The notes under the pieces: generated by a model
The model's database searches: none
What the model was told of the DNA's origin: nothing
The model's input: the letters and a program-made list of their open reading frames with translations, nothing else
Shown here: piece after piece, positions 1 to 8,477 of the stretch
How the letters are laid out: the number at the start of each line of letters is the position of its first letter
Numbering within the stretch: the first letter of the stretch is position 1
Program-made: the position numbers and the translations under genes
Virus record (IMG/VR): IMGVR_UViG_3300017913_000657
Span: 1 to 61,237 of that record
DNA length: 61,237 nucleotides
Reading direction: 5' to 3' (one strand)
DNA from: a virus
Taxonomy: Duplodnaviria; Caudoviricetes

Positions 1-141
1 ACGTCGCTGCCCCAGATGAGGTCTTTGTCGTTTCCGGAGAGTACCGCGTCGCGAACGACGTGCTCCCTCTTGGTCTTTCCGTCGTACAGGACGACGTCGC
101 ACAAATGAATGGGGTCTCTCATACAGGTTAAACGTAAGGAC
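1..141. repeat. Terminal direct repeat, copy 1 (circular assembly overlap)
   Basis: Identical to 61097-61237; the minus-strand gene cluster continues across the junction. Confidence 0.97.
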
Positions 142-453
142 TCAGCGGATATTGCGCAGCCTCTCGTTTTCCTTTTCGAGGAACTCAAGGCGAACCTTGT
201 ACTCGGCGAGTTCGGTAAGGACTTCAGTCAGCTTGTCCTTCGTTCTTTGCTTCTCGTTGTATGCCTCCTCTAGCTTCTCCTCAAGAACAGCCACCCTCTC
301 ACGCAGGTCGTCGCGGAACATTGTCTGCTCCCCACGGTCCTCCTTCTTCTCCTCATGCTTTAGCTTGAGTCGGTTCTGGTAGAACTGCCACGCGCCAGCA
401 CTGCCTAATACAGTGACTGCTGTGATTGCGATATTGAGGAATGACTCGCTCAT
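142..453 (-). CDS. Membrane-anchored coiled-coil protein (possible lysis accessory or holin-like)
   Basis: N-terminal hydrophobic helix (FLNIAITAVTVLGSAGAW) followed by a charged heptad-rich tail; coupled to 453..836. Confidence 0.6.
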   Translation of the reverse strand: MSESFLNIAITAVTVLGSAGAWQFYQNRLKLKHEEKKEDRGEQTMFRDDLRERVAVLEEKLEEAYNEKQRTKDKLTEVLTELAEYKVRLEFLEKENERLRNIR

Positions 454-836
454 TACTTTCTGAACATTTGTTCATTGGTTACTCTGTACAAGTTCCAAAT
501 GCTCATGGCGCAGATGAGAAGCCACCCCAAGTGTGACCCGTGCATCATGCCCGCCATAGTGTAATTAGCTACAGTTGCGATTGAAATAACTGAGGCAATC
601 TGGACTGCAATTTTACGCATAAATAATCGACCGTCCCAGAGGGCGCAGTACACCTGAAACAACCCCGCGATGTGGGCGGAAAACTGAAGGAGTGCCCACG
701 GGTTGCCAAGCTCAAACATTGCGAACGGCAGGATGCACGCATGCAGGACTCCAATCATCAACTCGTTCGATTCCGAGTCCGTGTACTTCATGATGGCCTT
801 GGCCCTAGCCAAACCTTTTTTATCTCGCAAAGGCAT
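453..836 (-). CDS. Multi-pass membrane protein, unknown function
   Basis: About 4 hydrophobic segments; TAccTTTG box 5 nt upstream of the ATG. Confidence 0.7.
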   Translation of the reverse strand: MPLRDKKGLARAKAIMKYTDSESNELMIGVLHACILPFAMFELGNPWALLQFSAHIAGLFQVYCALWDGRLFMRKIAVQIASVISIATVANYTMAGMMHGSHLGWLLICAMSIWNLYRVTNEQMFRK

Positions 837-959
837 AGCTACAAAGGTATTAAAAGTGCAATGTCAGTAGGAACGACCACCACAGTCTCAGAAGAATCCT
901 CTTACGTCTAGGAAGGGCCTTGAATTCAGGAGTGTCATATATGTCTTCGAACCTTTCCA

Positions 960-2222
960 TCACTTCAATATCATTACATGTCCGGTGAAGTTAACGACGG
1001 CAGAAGACTGCTTCTTCGATGCGCGTAGCGAGTAGACGTAGCTTCCGTCCGCCACACCACTCGCGTCCCACATGTCGTCGGGGTGATACCCGGTCCACAC
1101 AACTTGGCCCCACCTATTGTACACGTTTAGTTCCCACTCCCTCCAGCAGTCTGCATCTGTCACTGCATAGAACAGGTCGTTGATTCCATCGTGGTTCGGG
1201 GTCGAGGCGTTAGGGATGAATACGTCCACATCCTCACACACCATCCCGTTGATTTCCTCGCACGGCAGGCCTGACTCACAATCAATGTACTCCGTCACAA
1301 CAGAGTATTCAGTTACGGTGACCGTGTCCGTCAGGTACACATACTCCGTGACCACCACATCTACATACGTCGTGTCGTAGACCGTGGTCTCCGTAAAAAC
1401 GGTGTCTAGCACATAGATGTAGTTGTCGATGTACGTTGTGTCGTACAAGTACACCTCGATGTAGTTATCTACTACCAGCGTGTCGATTAGGTTGATAGTA
1501 TCAGATGGTAGCTCCACAAAGACGGTGTCAGGGTCTAGGTTGACGAACTCTACAATAGTGTCAGGCGGGAGGTTGACAAACACAGTATCCGTCTCGTACA
1601 CATATACAGTGTCCGTCACTACAGGGTCTGGGCAGAAACTTATTCTGTTATCGCTCAGGTTGACGTCGGGGTACATCTGCGTTCCGCTCCCTTGAGTGCC
1701 TAAACTCCACCCGTCCTCGAAGTCATCGTAAGTAGCGGTCTGACTCAGGTTGATTTGCCAGATGACCACCTCCCAACAATACCCCTCTATCGGGTTGTTT
1801 AGAATGCACTCCCACGAGTAGGGGACGTTGATACCAATAGTGGTGCTACTTCCAGACGCCCATCCTCCGGGTGGTTCAGTAATAGTCAAGACGTAACTCC
1901 ACCCCGGATGAAACGTGGTTGAGGTACAGTCATTATTCTCGCCTAGGTCCAGCCCAGTCTCTTCATCCACATAGTGAAGTCCCATCACAATGTGACTAAC
2001 TGTCTCGTTGTTTTGAACGTGAGTAGAACCCGACTGGTCACATGTGTTTCCGTCGGATTGAGTGTACTCGTTGCACCCACAGTTTTCGGTGTTCCCGAAG
2101 TTGAGGGTAAAGATGTGGAGGCCCCCTTCTGAAGTCGCAGGTGTGTACCCAGTTAAGGATATGTCACACGTCTGCGCTTGCGCAAAAAGGGGGAGGAGTA
2201 GAAGTGGGAGGAGGCGTTTCAT
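960..2222 (-). CDS. Secreted protein with gliding-motility-associated (type B T9SS) C-terminal sorting domain
   Basis: Signal peptide MKRLLPLLLLPLFAQA (start moved to 2222); DTV/DTI repeat stalk; C-terminus VFIPNASTPNHDGINDLF...VYNRWGQVVW...WD...DGSYVY...GHVMILK matches the CHU_C-type pattern. Confidence 0.85.
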   Translation of the reverse strand: MKRLLPLLLLPLFAQAQTCDISLTGYTPATSEGGLHIFTLNFGNTENCGCNEYTQSDGNTCDQSGSTHVQNNETVSHIVMGLHYVDEETGLDLGENNDCTSTTFHPGWSYVLTITEPPGGWASGSSTTIGINVPYSWECILNNPIEGYCWEVVIWQINLSQTATYDDFEDGWSLGTQGSGTQMYPDVNLSDNRISFCPDPVVTDTVYVYETDTVFVNLPPDTIVEFVNLDPDTVFVELPSDTINLIDTLVVDNYIEVYLYDTTYIDNYIYVLDTVFTETTVYDTTYVDVVVTEYVYLTDTVTVTEYSVVTEYIDCESGLPCEEINGMVCEDVDVFIPNASTPNHDGINDLFYAVTDADCWREWELNVYNRWGQVVWTGYHPDDMWDASGVADGSYVYSLRASKKQSSAVVNFTGHVMILK

Positions 2223-2459
2223 GCCCGCAAAGCTACCACCTATTTGGGCACAGGCATCCCTCATTCACCACTTGTGCTTTAGAGCGTTAGGGGCTTGAGT
2301 TTCACAGACTACTAATAGCCCCGTAGGTAGCTTTCTGGACCGCCCCAAGCGGGCCAAGTAAGCCTACCGTTTGCTCATGAGCTGATGCGAAGTTACACGA
2401 AAAAATTTACAAAGTCAAGTCCGCAAATACATTGCGAAACTCAGTTCTACTTTGGCTAC

Positions 2460-2630
2460 ATGAGAGAACACAAGCTGCTCACACGGAAGGGCTTCACCTT
2501 CGACTTGAATGAAATAAATGACATGCCGGGTATCGGTTGGGAGCATATCGCCAATACCGTGTCGCCTATACCCATGACACTAGAGGAAGCTGCACGCCAG
2601 TTGCAGCAGCATAATGGTGGGATTCTTTAA
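2460..2630 (+). CDS. Small hypothetical protein (start 2460 or 2385)
   Basis: ORF MREHKLL...; start uncertain. Confidence 0.45.
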   Translation: MREHKLLTRKGFTFDLNEINDMPGIGWEHIANTVSPIPMTLEEAARQLQQHNGGIL

Positions 2631-2707
2631 TCCAGAACGAAGCTGCGTATAGCTTGAAATACGCATACTGCCCATACCCCGATAATCGCATAAGAAACGT
2701 AGACCAT
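2627..2707 (-). CDS. 26-aa hydrophobic micropeptide
   Basis: MVYVSYAIIGVWAVCVFQAIRSFVLD*, with a TAtcTTTG box about 21 nt upstream (2729-2736). Confidence 0.4.
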   Translation of the reverse strand: MVYVSYAIIGVWAVCVFQAIRSFVLD

Positions 2708-3178
2708 TTGCTCCAGAATTAAACCGAGCAAAGATACGGTTTGCAGTGCCTACTTCAGTGAAAAAAGGGGTGAGTAATGTATGGGTAGGGGATTATACAT
2801 ACATGGGGACGCTGCGCCACGCGACCCGAAACGGATTGGCAGCACCCACCCCCCGCAACTCGTCGGGCATCGCCGCAAAACATTCAGCGTTTTGCCCCAG
2901 CACCCAGTACGCCCAGCCCAGATGGGAGACTACCAGCCCCCGCGAGCAGGACACGACAGCGCACCGCGCACGCCCAGCAGCCCCAAGCCGAGCAGGTACA
3001 ATCCCCCACCCAGCAATCCATGGACCTATACATCCCCCACCGATGGGAGACCACCAGAAAAAATCTGCGCTGGCATATACTACCAGAGAAGTGTGGTGCG
3101 TTATAGGGGTGAACGCGATAGCTAAAAAGACACAGAAATCGAGCTAACTAACTGAGAATCAACAAAATACACATCATC

Positions 3179-4045
3179 ATGACTTACTCTGTTCCCTCCC
3201 CCACCTCCATCGCCCTCAACGACATCATCTACTTCGGTGCCATCGGTGCCCCCAAGACCGAGGGCCGTGTGGTCGAAGTGAAGCGGTTCGGCTTCAACGG
3301 ACTCAAGGTCCGTGTCACTCTCCGTGTCCTCACCAACGCCAACCGCATGGGGTTCTACGACCGGGCATTCACTCTGCGGAAGAACAACATGTTCGTGGCT
3401 GAAGGCTACGCCATGGACGAGGGTGAGCGGTTCGACAACCCCACCTACCAGTTGAACCTGACCAAGCTGGTCGCCGATGCCGCAGGGGACATCATCATCG
3501 CAGCGCAGAAGATGGAGGTCCGCGATGGCTACAACCAAGCCATGGAGGTCAGCCGCGTCAACCGCGCACTCCAGTCTGTGAATGACACCATCGTGGAGCA
3601 GGTCCGCCGTGGTGGGCACAACTTCGGTGGCGACATCCGCAGCATCCGCGAGGAGGCCATTGCCCGCATCCAGATGAAGTTCTACGTCAGCTCCATCCCC
3701 GGTGTGAGCGCAGACGGCCCCAGCCCAGCGCAGAGCATTGAGAAGATGAAGGTGGACGAGAACGTCGAAGCCACCGAGACTACACGAGAGGCTGTCGAGG
3801 CCCTGTGCGAGTTCGCCGACGAGAACGACATCATGTCCACCCTCGCCGAGGAGCTGGCTGAAGTTCGCTCTGACGTCCTGACCAGCGCAGACGAGCGGAG
3901 CGTCGAAGCCGACACCACCCTCCACAAGCGGATTGGGGCAGCCGCCCGCAAAGCACAGCGGGCCTTGGAACTCCTCGCGGCAGCACAGGCTGAGTTGGAG
4001 GCCATCGAAGCCATCCGAAGCGGCGAGAAGCGCAACCAAGCCTGA
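3179..4045 (+). CDS. Early hypothetical protein with coiled-coil C-terminus
   Basis: 288-aa ORF, strong C/G third-position bias, ACACATCATC-ATG leader. Confidence 0.85.
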   Translation: MTYSVPSPTSIALNDIIYFGAIGAPKTEGRVVEVKRFGFNGLKVRVTLRVLTNANRMGFYDRAFTLRKNNMFVAEGYAMDEGERFDNPTYQLNLTKLVADAAGDIIIAAQKMEVRDGYNQAMEVSRVNRALQSVNDTIVEQVRRGGHNFGGDIRSIREEAIARIQMKFYVSSIPGVSADGPSPAQSIEKMKVDENVEATETTREAVEALCEFADENDIMSTLAEELAEVRSDVLTSADERSVEADTTLHKRIGAAARKAQRALELLAAAQAELEAIEAIRSGEKRNQA

Positions 4046-4070
4046 ACCATCACCAGAAACGCCCAGAGAC

Positions 4071-4259
4071 ATGCTCAAGAACGTCCCCACATCCACCCTC
4101 GAACTGCTTGACCTCATCACCCTCCTCTTCTTGGCAGGTGGGTGGTGGGTCGCCGGAATCCTCATCCACGAGGCCTGCCTGCTCTCCGTCTTCCCCGCGA
4201 TTCACGTCTACGCCCGTCTGTCGGTGGAGGTCAAGAACCGCATCCAATCCCAAGGTTAA
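4071..4259 (+). CDS. Small early membrane protein
   Basis: MLKNVPTST...LITLLFLAGGWWVAGILIHEACLLSVFPAI; hydrophobic. Confidence 0.6.
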   Translation: MLKNVPTSTLELLDLITLLFLAGGWWVAGILIHEACLLSVFPAIHVYARLSVEVKNRIQSQG

Positions 4260-4263
4260 CCCC

Positions 4264-4539
4264 ATGCCCATGAACATCATTCGAATCAAGGTCATCCAAG
4301 ACCACGACGACTTCAACTCCTACCAGCTCCTCACCACAGCCCTGCGTACTGGGCTGACCATGAGGGAATTGGAGCTGACCATGCAGCGCATCATGCGCAC
4401 AGCGGAGCGAGGCACAGACCCACGGAGTCTGGCAGGCTTTGGCATGGGCGGAGACGACATCTACACCCAGACCCACCACATGTACTGCTCCGGCATCGAC
4501 ACGCGGAATCGGTCTGTCACATTCGACATTCACTGCTGA
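4264..4539 (+). CDS. Early hypothetical protein
   Basis: ORF from MPMNIIRIK; codon bias like its neighbours. Confidence 0.7.
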   Translation: MPMNIIRIKVIQDHDDFNSYQLLTTALRTGLTMRELELTMQRIMRTAERGTDPRSLAGFGMGGDDIYTQTHHMYCSGIDTRNRSVTFDIHC

Positions 4540-4541
4540 GG

Positions 4542-4576
4542 CAATATCCCAGAGTTGCCTGCGTTACCACTATAGA
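4542..4576 (+). promoter_or_regulatory. Early promoter-like motif CAATA-N15-CGTT-N4-CTATAGA
   Basis: Conserved repeated motif upstream of 4599. Confidence 0.8.
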
Positions 4577-4598
4577 CACCCACGAAAACATCATCATC

Positions 4599-5024
4599 AT
4601 GAAGAATCCCATCGTCTCCATCCGGGTCATCACGAACGGCCTCACCGAATCCACTATCCTGTCCACCATGGGCGACACCACCCACGTCCAGACGGAACTG
4701 GGCACATGCTTCCACATCGGTCAGTTGACCGAGGACAGCGTCTACTTTGAACCTGCAAAGCGCATCCTCCAGCAATCCAAGGATTTGGTCCGCTTGGAGC
4801 AGCAGATTCGGGAGAAGACAATCCGGCTGAATGCCGAGCTGCGGGAGATGAACCGCTGCAACACCCCAGCCGAGCGGTTCGAGCAAGTTGACTACGTCAT
4901 GGACGCCCAGAAGGGACTCGACGAGGCCCAGAACGAACTGGAGTTGCTCCAGATGGACATCAGCCTCCAGACCCAGAAACCGACCAAGGTCTTGAACATG
5001 GACGGAACCTCCGAAGAAATTTGA
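4599..5024 (+). CDS. Early hypothetical protein (coiled coil)
   Basis: 141-aa ORF after the motif; CATCATCATC-ATG leader. Confidence 0.8.
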   Translation: MKNPIVSIRVITNGLTESTILSTMGDTTHVQTELGTCFHIGQLTEDSVYFEPAKRILQQSKDLVRLEQQIREKTIRLNAELREMNRCNTPAERFEQVDYVMDAQKGLDEAQNELELLQMDISLQTQKPTKVLNMDGTSEEI

Positions 5025-5033
5025 CCCGGAGGA

Positions 5034-5068
5034 CAATATCCCGAAACTACCTGCGTTAAGACTATAGA
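5034..5068 (+). promoter_or_regulatory. Early promoter-like motif
   Basis: caata-N15-cgtt-aaga-ctataga. Confidence 0.8.
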
Positions 5069-5091
5069 AGCACACCAAAATTCAATTCATC

Positions 5092-6012
5092 ATGAGCAAG
5101 AAGACAGACGTATACCAGAAAGTGACCGACCGCATCGTGGCTGGTCTCCAGAAGAAGGGCCTGCAATGGTTCCGCCCATGGGAGGCAGGAGGCATGAACC
5201 TCACCCCCATCAACAACTCCACGGGCCGTCCGTACAAGGGCCTGAACAACCTCTTCCTCTCCATCATGTGCGAGGAGATGGGCTACGACCACAACGAGTG
5301 GATTACCTTCAATCAGGCAGCCAAGAAGGGCGGCAGCGTCATGAAGGGACAGAAGGGCACAGAGATTGTCTTCTGGAACATCTCATACGTCGACCAAGAC
5401 GGCAAGTTCTACCGCAAGCCTGAGGAGGTGCGCAAGGCTGGCCTGACCATGATGGACGTGAAGAAAATCTTCACCCCACGTCTCTGGAACGTCTTCAACA
5501 TCGCCCAGTGTGAGGGCATCGAGGCACGCCGTCCCAAGGTGGAGGCTGCCGAGGACTTCAACCCCATCGAGGCTGCTGACAAGGTCTACGCCGAGCAGTA
5601 CCCGAAGGAGAAGCGTCCTACGCTGTCCCATGGTGGAGCATCGGCCTTCTACGCCCCGAAGCGTCACCACGTCCAGATGCCGAAGCCTGAGACGTTCGTC
5701 ACCAACGACGACTACTACAAGACGCTGTTCCACGAGCTGGTCCACAGCACCGGACACGAGACCATCCTCAAGCGTCTCGACAAGGTGGCTGCCTTCGGTT
5801 CCGAGGACTACAGCAAGGAGGAGTTGGTCGCTGAGATTGGAGCGCAGTTCCTCGTCGGCATCACGGGCATCAAGCCCAAGGACGACCACGTCAACAGCCA
5901 AGCCTACATCAATGGCTGGGTCAGCAAACTCAAGGACCACCCCAAGATGGCCCTGAGCGCAGCGAATCAGGCGATGAAGGCAGTCGACTTCATCGTGGGA
6001 GAGGAGGAGTAA
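5092..6012 (+). CDS. ardC: ArdC-like antirestriction protein (ssDNA-binding domain plus zincin-like metallopeptidase)
   Basis: Motifs YQKVTDRIV..W.RPW, PIN..TGRPYKGLN, WITFNQA..GGSV.KG.KG, AFY.P..H.VQMP, HELVHSTGH, YSKEELVAEIGA, AYINGW. Confidence 0.92.
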   Translation: MSKKTDVYQKVTDRIVAGLQKKGLQWFRPWEAGGMNLTPINNSTGRPYKGLNNLFLSIMCEEMGYDHNEWITFNQAAKKGGSVMKGQKGTEIVFWNISYVDQDGKFYRKPEEVRKAGLTMMDVKKIFTPRLWNVFNIAQCEGIEARRPKVEAAEDFNPIEAADKVYAEQYPKEKRPTLSHGGASAFYAPKRHHVQMPKPETFVTNDDYYKTLFHELVHSTGHETILKRLDKVAAFGSEDYSKEELVAEIGAQFLVGITGIKPKDDHVNSQAYINGWVSKLKDHPKMALSAANQAMKAVDFIVGEEE

Positions 6013-6018
6013 TCCTCC

Positions 6019-6032
6019 CTCCCTTCGGGGAG
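6019..6032 (+). other. cUUCGg tetraloop hairpin after ardC
   Basis: ctccc-ttcg-gggag; possible terminator or mRNA stabiliser. Confidence 0.5.
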
Positions 6033-6061
6033 AGCGTTAACAGATTTTTTCAATCAGCAAA

Positions 6062-6096
6062 CAATACAGCAGGACAATCCACGTTACTACTATAGA
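6062..6096 (+). promoter_or_regulatory. Early promoter-like motif
   Basis: caata-N15-cgtt-acta-ctataga. Confidence 0.8.
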
Positions 6097-6107
6097 AACA
6101 GCATCAA

Positions 6108-6365
6108 ATGAAGTACCCATCCACCCCCATCGCATACGCCAGCTACCCAGACACTGGCATCCTGCGCACCGACCGCCCGTTCAAAGCCACCCTCCAGTTC
6201 TACACTGGCATCACTGGGCGCAACCCCAGAGGGACGTGGGCCATGGACAAGGTCTTCAGTGACCGCAAGCACCTCGACAACTTCATCGACTACATCAAGC
6301 GGAAGAAGGGCTGGAACATCGACGAGGTCTGGTACGGCAAGAACACAAACCCCAAGGAATCATGA
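6108..6365 (+). CDS. Early hypothetical protein
   Basis: 85-aa ORF directly after the motif. Confidence 0.8.
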   Translation: MKYPSTPIAYASYPDTGILRTDRPFKATLQFYTGITGRNPRGTWAMDKVFSDRKHLDNFIDYIKRKKGWNIDEVWYGKNTNPKES

Positions 6366-6430
6366 GCATCGAAGAACTCCAAGACCTCTACGGCCTCGAA
6401 TGGGTCGACTACGTCGAATACCTCGACTGA
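6362..6430 (+). CDS. 22-aa acidic micropeptide
   Basis: MSIEELQDLYGLEWVDYVEYLD*; ATGA overlap with the upstream stop; typical codon bias. Confidence 0.55.
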   Translation: MSIEELQDLYGLEWVDYVEYLD

Positions 6431-6450
6431 AAAAAAATCTCATCGTCACA

Positions 6451-6485
6451 CAATAAGACAGACATCACCCCGTTCTAACTATAGA
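6451..6485 (+). promoter_or_regulatory. Early promoter-like motif
   Basis: caata-N15-cgtt-ctaa-ctataga. Confidence 0.8.
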
Positions 6486-6500
6486 AACACCCCACACACC

Positions 6501-6881
6501 ATGAAGAACATCGTCATCACCATCTTTGAGACTGAAGTCACCGCTGAGTTCCTCGGCAAACTGGACCGCGTATCGTTCAAGATGAACGAGGGAGCAGGCG
6601 ACGAGCGCAACCCGATGAACACCTTGCGCCCCCTGATTCTGGGTGCCATGACCGGAGACCCGCGCCGACTCCGCGCAGCGTATCAGGCTGTCCGAAAGTC
6701 CTCCTTCAACCACTACGAGTTCGGTCGCACCAGCGGTGGAGTTCGGCAGGTCCGAGTCTACGAGTTCGCTGGGCTGCTCAACGCCATGAGCGGAATCATC
6801 CACGACATCTGCATGAAGGAGACCGCTGTCCTCGACTACGTCATCGAGGATGAAGAAGATTCTTTCGCTCCTCCACAATAA
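6501..6881 (+). CDS. Early hypothetical protein
   Basis: 126-aa ORF after the motif. Confidence 0.8.
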   Translation: MKNIVITIFETEVTAEFLGKLDRVSFKMNEGAGDERNPMNTLRPLILGAMTGDPRRLRAAYQAVRKSSFNHYEFGRTSGGVRQVRVYEFAGLLNAMSGIIHDICMKETAVLDYVIEDEEDSFAPPQ

Positions 6882-6911
6882 TCCGGACACCCCCAGCGTT
6901 ACCACTATAGA
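6876..6911 (+). promoter_or_regulatory. Early promoter-like motif
   Basis: caata-N16-cgtt-acca-ctataga; overlaps the upstream stop (CAA TAA). Confidence 0.8.
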
Positions 6912-6932
6912 CACCGCAAAAGACACATCATC

Positions 6933-7196
6933 ATGAAGATTCTGAACGATTACAAGCACGTCGTCAAGTTCTACGACAGCAAGAGCAACAACATCAGCAT
7001 CACGACCGCCATCGAGCTGGTCGGAGAGTTCGCCCTCAACTGCGAGATTGAAGAGACCATCACCGCTCTCTACGACGTCGCCGCACGAGTCGAGAAGAAT
7101 CCTCAGGACATGACCTCTGGTAGCAGCGTCAAGTACCTGCGCAGCCAAGAGCGAGTCCGCCTCCGCGCCCACTTCGAACCTAAGGTGGGCCGTTAA
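6933..7196 (+). CDS. Early hypothetical protein
   Basis: 87-aa ORF; ACACATCATC-ATG leader. Confidence 0.8.
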   Translation: MKILNDYKHVVKFYDSKSNNISITTAIELVGEFALNCEIEETITALYDVAARVEKNPQDMTSGSSVKYLRSQERVRLRAHFEPKVGR

Positions 7197-7218
7197 CAGA
7201 AATTTTGAATCATCAGGA

Positions 7219-7253
7219 CAATATCAACAACACGTCCACGTTATACCTATAGA
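7219..7253 (+). promoter_or_regulatory. Early promoter-like motif
   Basis: caata-N15-cgtt-atac-ctataga. Confidence 0.8.
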
Positions 7254-7274
7254 CACACAAAAAACATCATCATC

Positions 7275-8435
7275 ATGAACAAAGAAGTCACCCCCGAAAT
7301 CGTCAAGAAGATTGAACTCGTCAAGGCCCTCTTGGTGAGCAACGAACTCACCGCAGAGTGGGACATCCAGCGCAAGTTGCAGGACACGTTCTATGACCTG
7401 ACCAAGGACAGCTTCGGTGTCTCCAACGCCTCGCAGTACAGCGACAAAGACATTGATACATGGAAGGCCACCCAAGACATCGTCTGCCCCCCGAAGTTGC
7501 GCAACCTCTGCAAGGAGCTGACCGAAGTTCTCCCTGAGAGCTACCACTTCAACGAGGGCGACCCGAACTACGACGTGGTCATGGACATCCTCGGTGCAAA
7601 CCGACGCTACGACCACGAGGGATTCAACCTCAGCTACTACAGCTTCTGCTCCTTGATTCAGAAGGTGGCTGAAGCCAGAGGTGGATGGCACTTCTCTCTC
7701 GACAACCACAATGATGATGCGCGGAAGAAGTTCAAGCGTTCTAAGTACGTCAAGCGTCAGCCGGACGGCACCTACAATATCAACCCCAACGCCTACACGG
7801 ACCACCCCGAAGTCCTCGAAGGCGTGGTCATCCAAGACCTGACCAAGCTCCGCTTTGTCAAGGATGATGATAACTGCTACGACACCCAGCGTCTCCACGA
7901 GAACGGAGCATGGGAATGCATCTCCTACGACGGCACCCTTCGGGAGGCCATCATGAAGCTGGGTAACACCCTTCGCTACATCGAGAATCGTGCGGTCACA
8001 GACGCGAAGTACAACTCCGTGCGTGGTCAGAAGTTTATCGACCGAGTGTTCAGTGACGAGGAGGTTCGCACCATCCTCTGCGCCAAGGGCGAGACGCTGG
8101 AGGCGGAGAAGTCCTTCGCTGTCATCAGCACCGGAGACCTCGGAGGTGTGTACGTCTGTGAAGAAGAGGAGCTGGACTCCACCCTCGATTCCTTCACGAA
8201 GCGTCACGGCGAGGATGTCCGATTGGAATTCACGGGCAGCTACAAGCAAGCGTCCAACATCAAGTTCCGACTGACCCAAGCGGTCGAGAAGCGAATCGAG
8301 GTCAATCGTCAGGCCAAGAAGCTGGAGGACTTGCTGGCGCAGGTCGCCGAGCTGACAACGAAGCAAAGCAACTCCAAGACCACCCTCAACAAGCTGGAGG
8401 AGCGTCTGGTAGTTCTCCTTGGGGCGGCACAATAA
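7275..8435 (+). CDS. Early hypothetical protein with C-terminal coiled coil
   Basis: 386-aa ORF; AAAACATCATCATC-ATG leader. Confidence 0.85.
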   Translation: MNKEVTPEIVKKIELVKALLVSNELTAEWDIQRKLQDTFYDLTKDSFGVSNASQYSDKDIDTWKATQDIVCPPKLRNLCKELTEVLPESYHFNEGDPNYDVVMDILGANRRYDHEGFNLSYYSFCSLIQKVAEARGGWHFSLDNHNDDARKKFKRSKYVKRQPDGTYNINPNAYTDHPEVLEGVVIQDLTKLRFVKDDDNCYDTQRLHENGAWECISYDGTLREAIMKLGNTLRYIENRAVTDAKYNSVRGQKFIDRVFSDEEVRTILCAKGETLEAEKSFAVISTGDLGGVYVCEEEELDSTLDSFTKRHGEDVRLEFTGSYKQASNIKFRLTQAVEKRIEVNRQAKKLEDLLAQVAELTTKQSNSKTTLNKLEERLVVLLGAAQ

Positions 8436-8465
8436 GGTGCCCCCCACCAACGTTGAACCTATAGA
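8430..8465 (+). promoter_or_regulatory. Early promoter-like motif
   Basis: caata-N16-cgtt-gaac-ctataga; overlaps the upstream stop. Confidence 0.8.
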
Positions 8466-8477
8466 AAACGAAACATC

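Noticed and set aside
2746-3147. ORFs 2746..3147 and 2781..3125
   Set aside because: Pro/Ala/Arg-rich products of a T-poor skewed tract with few stop codons and no typical codon bias.
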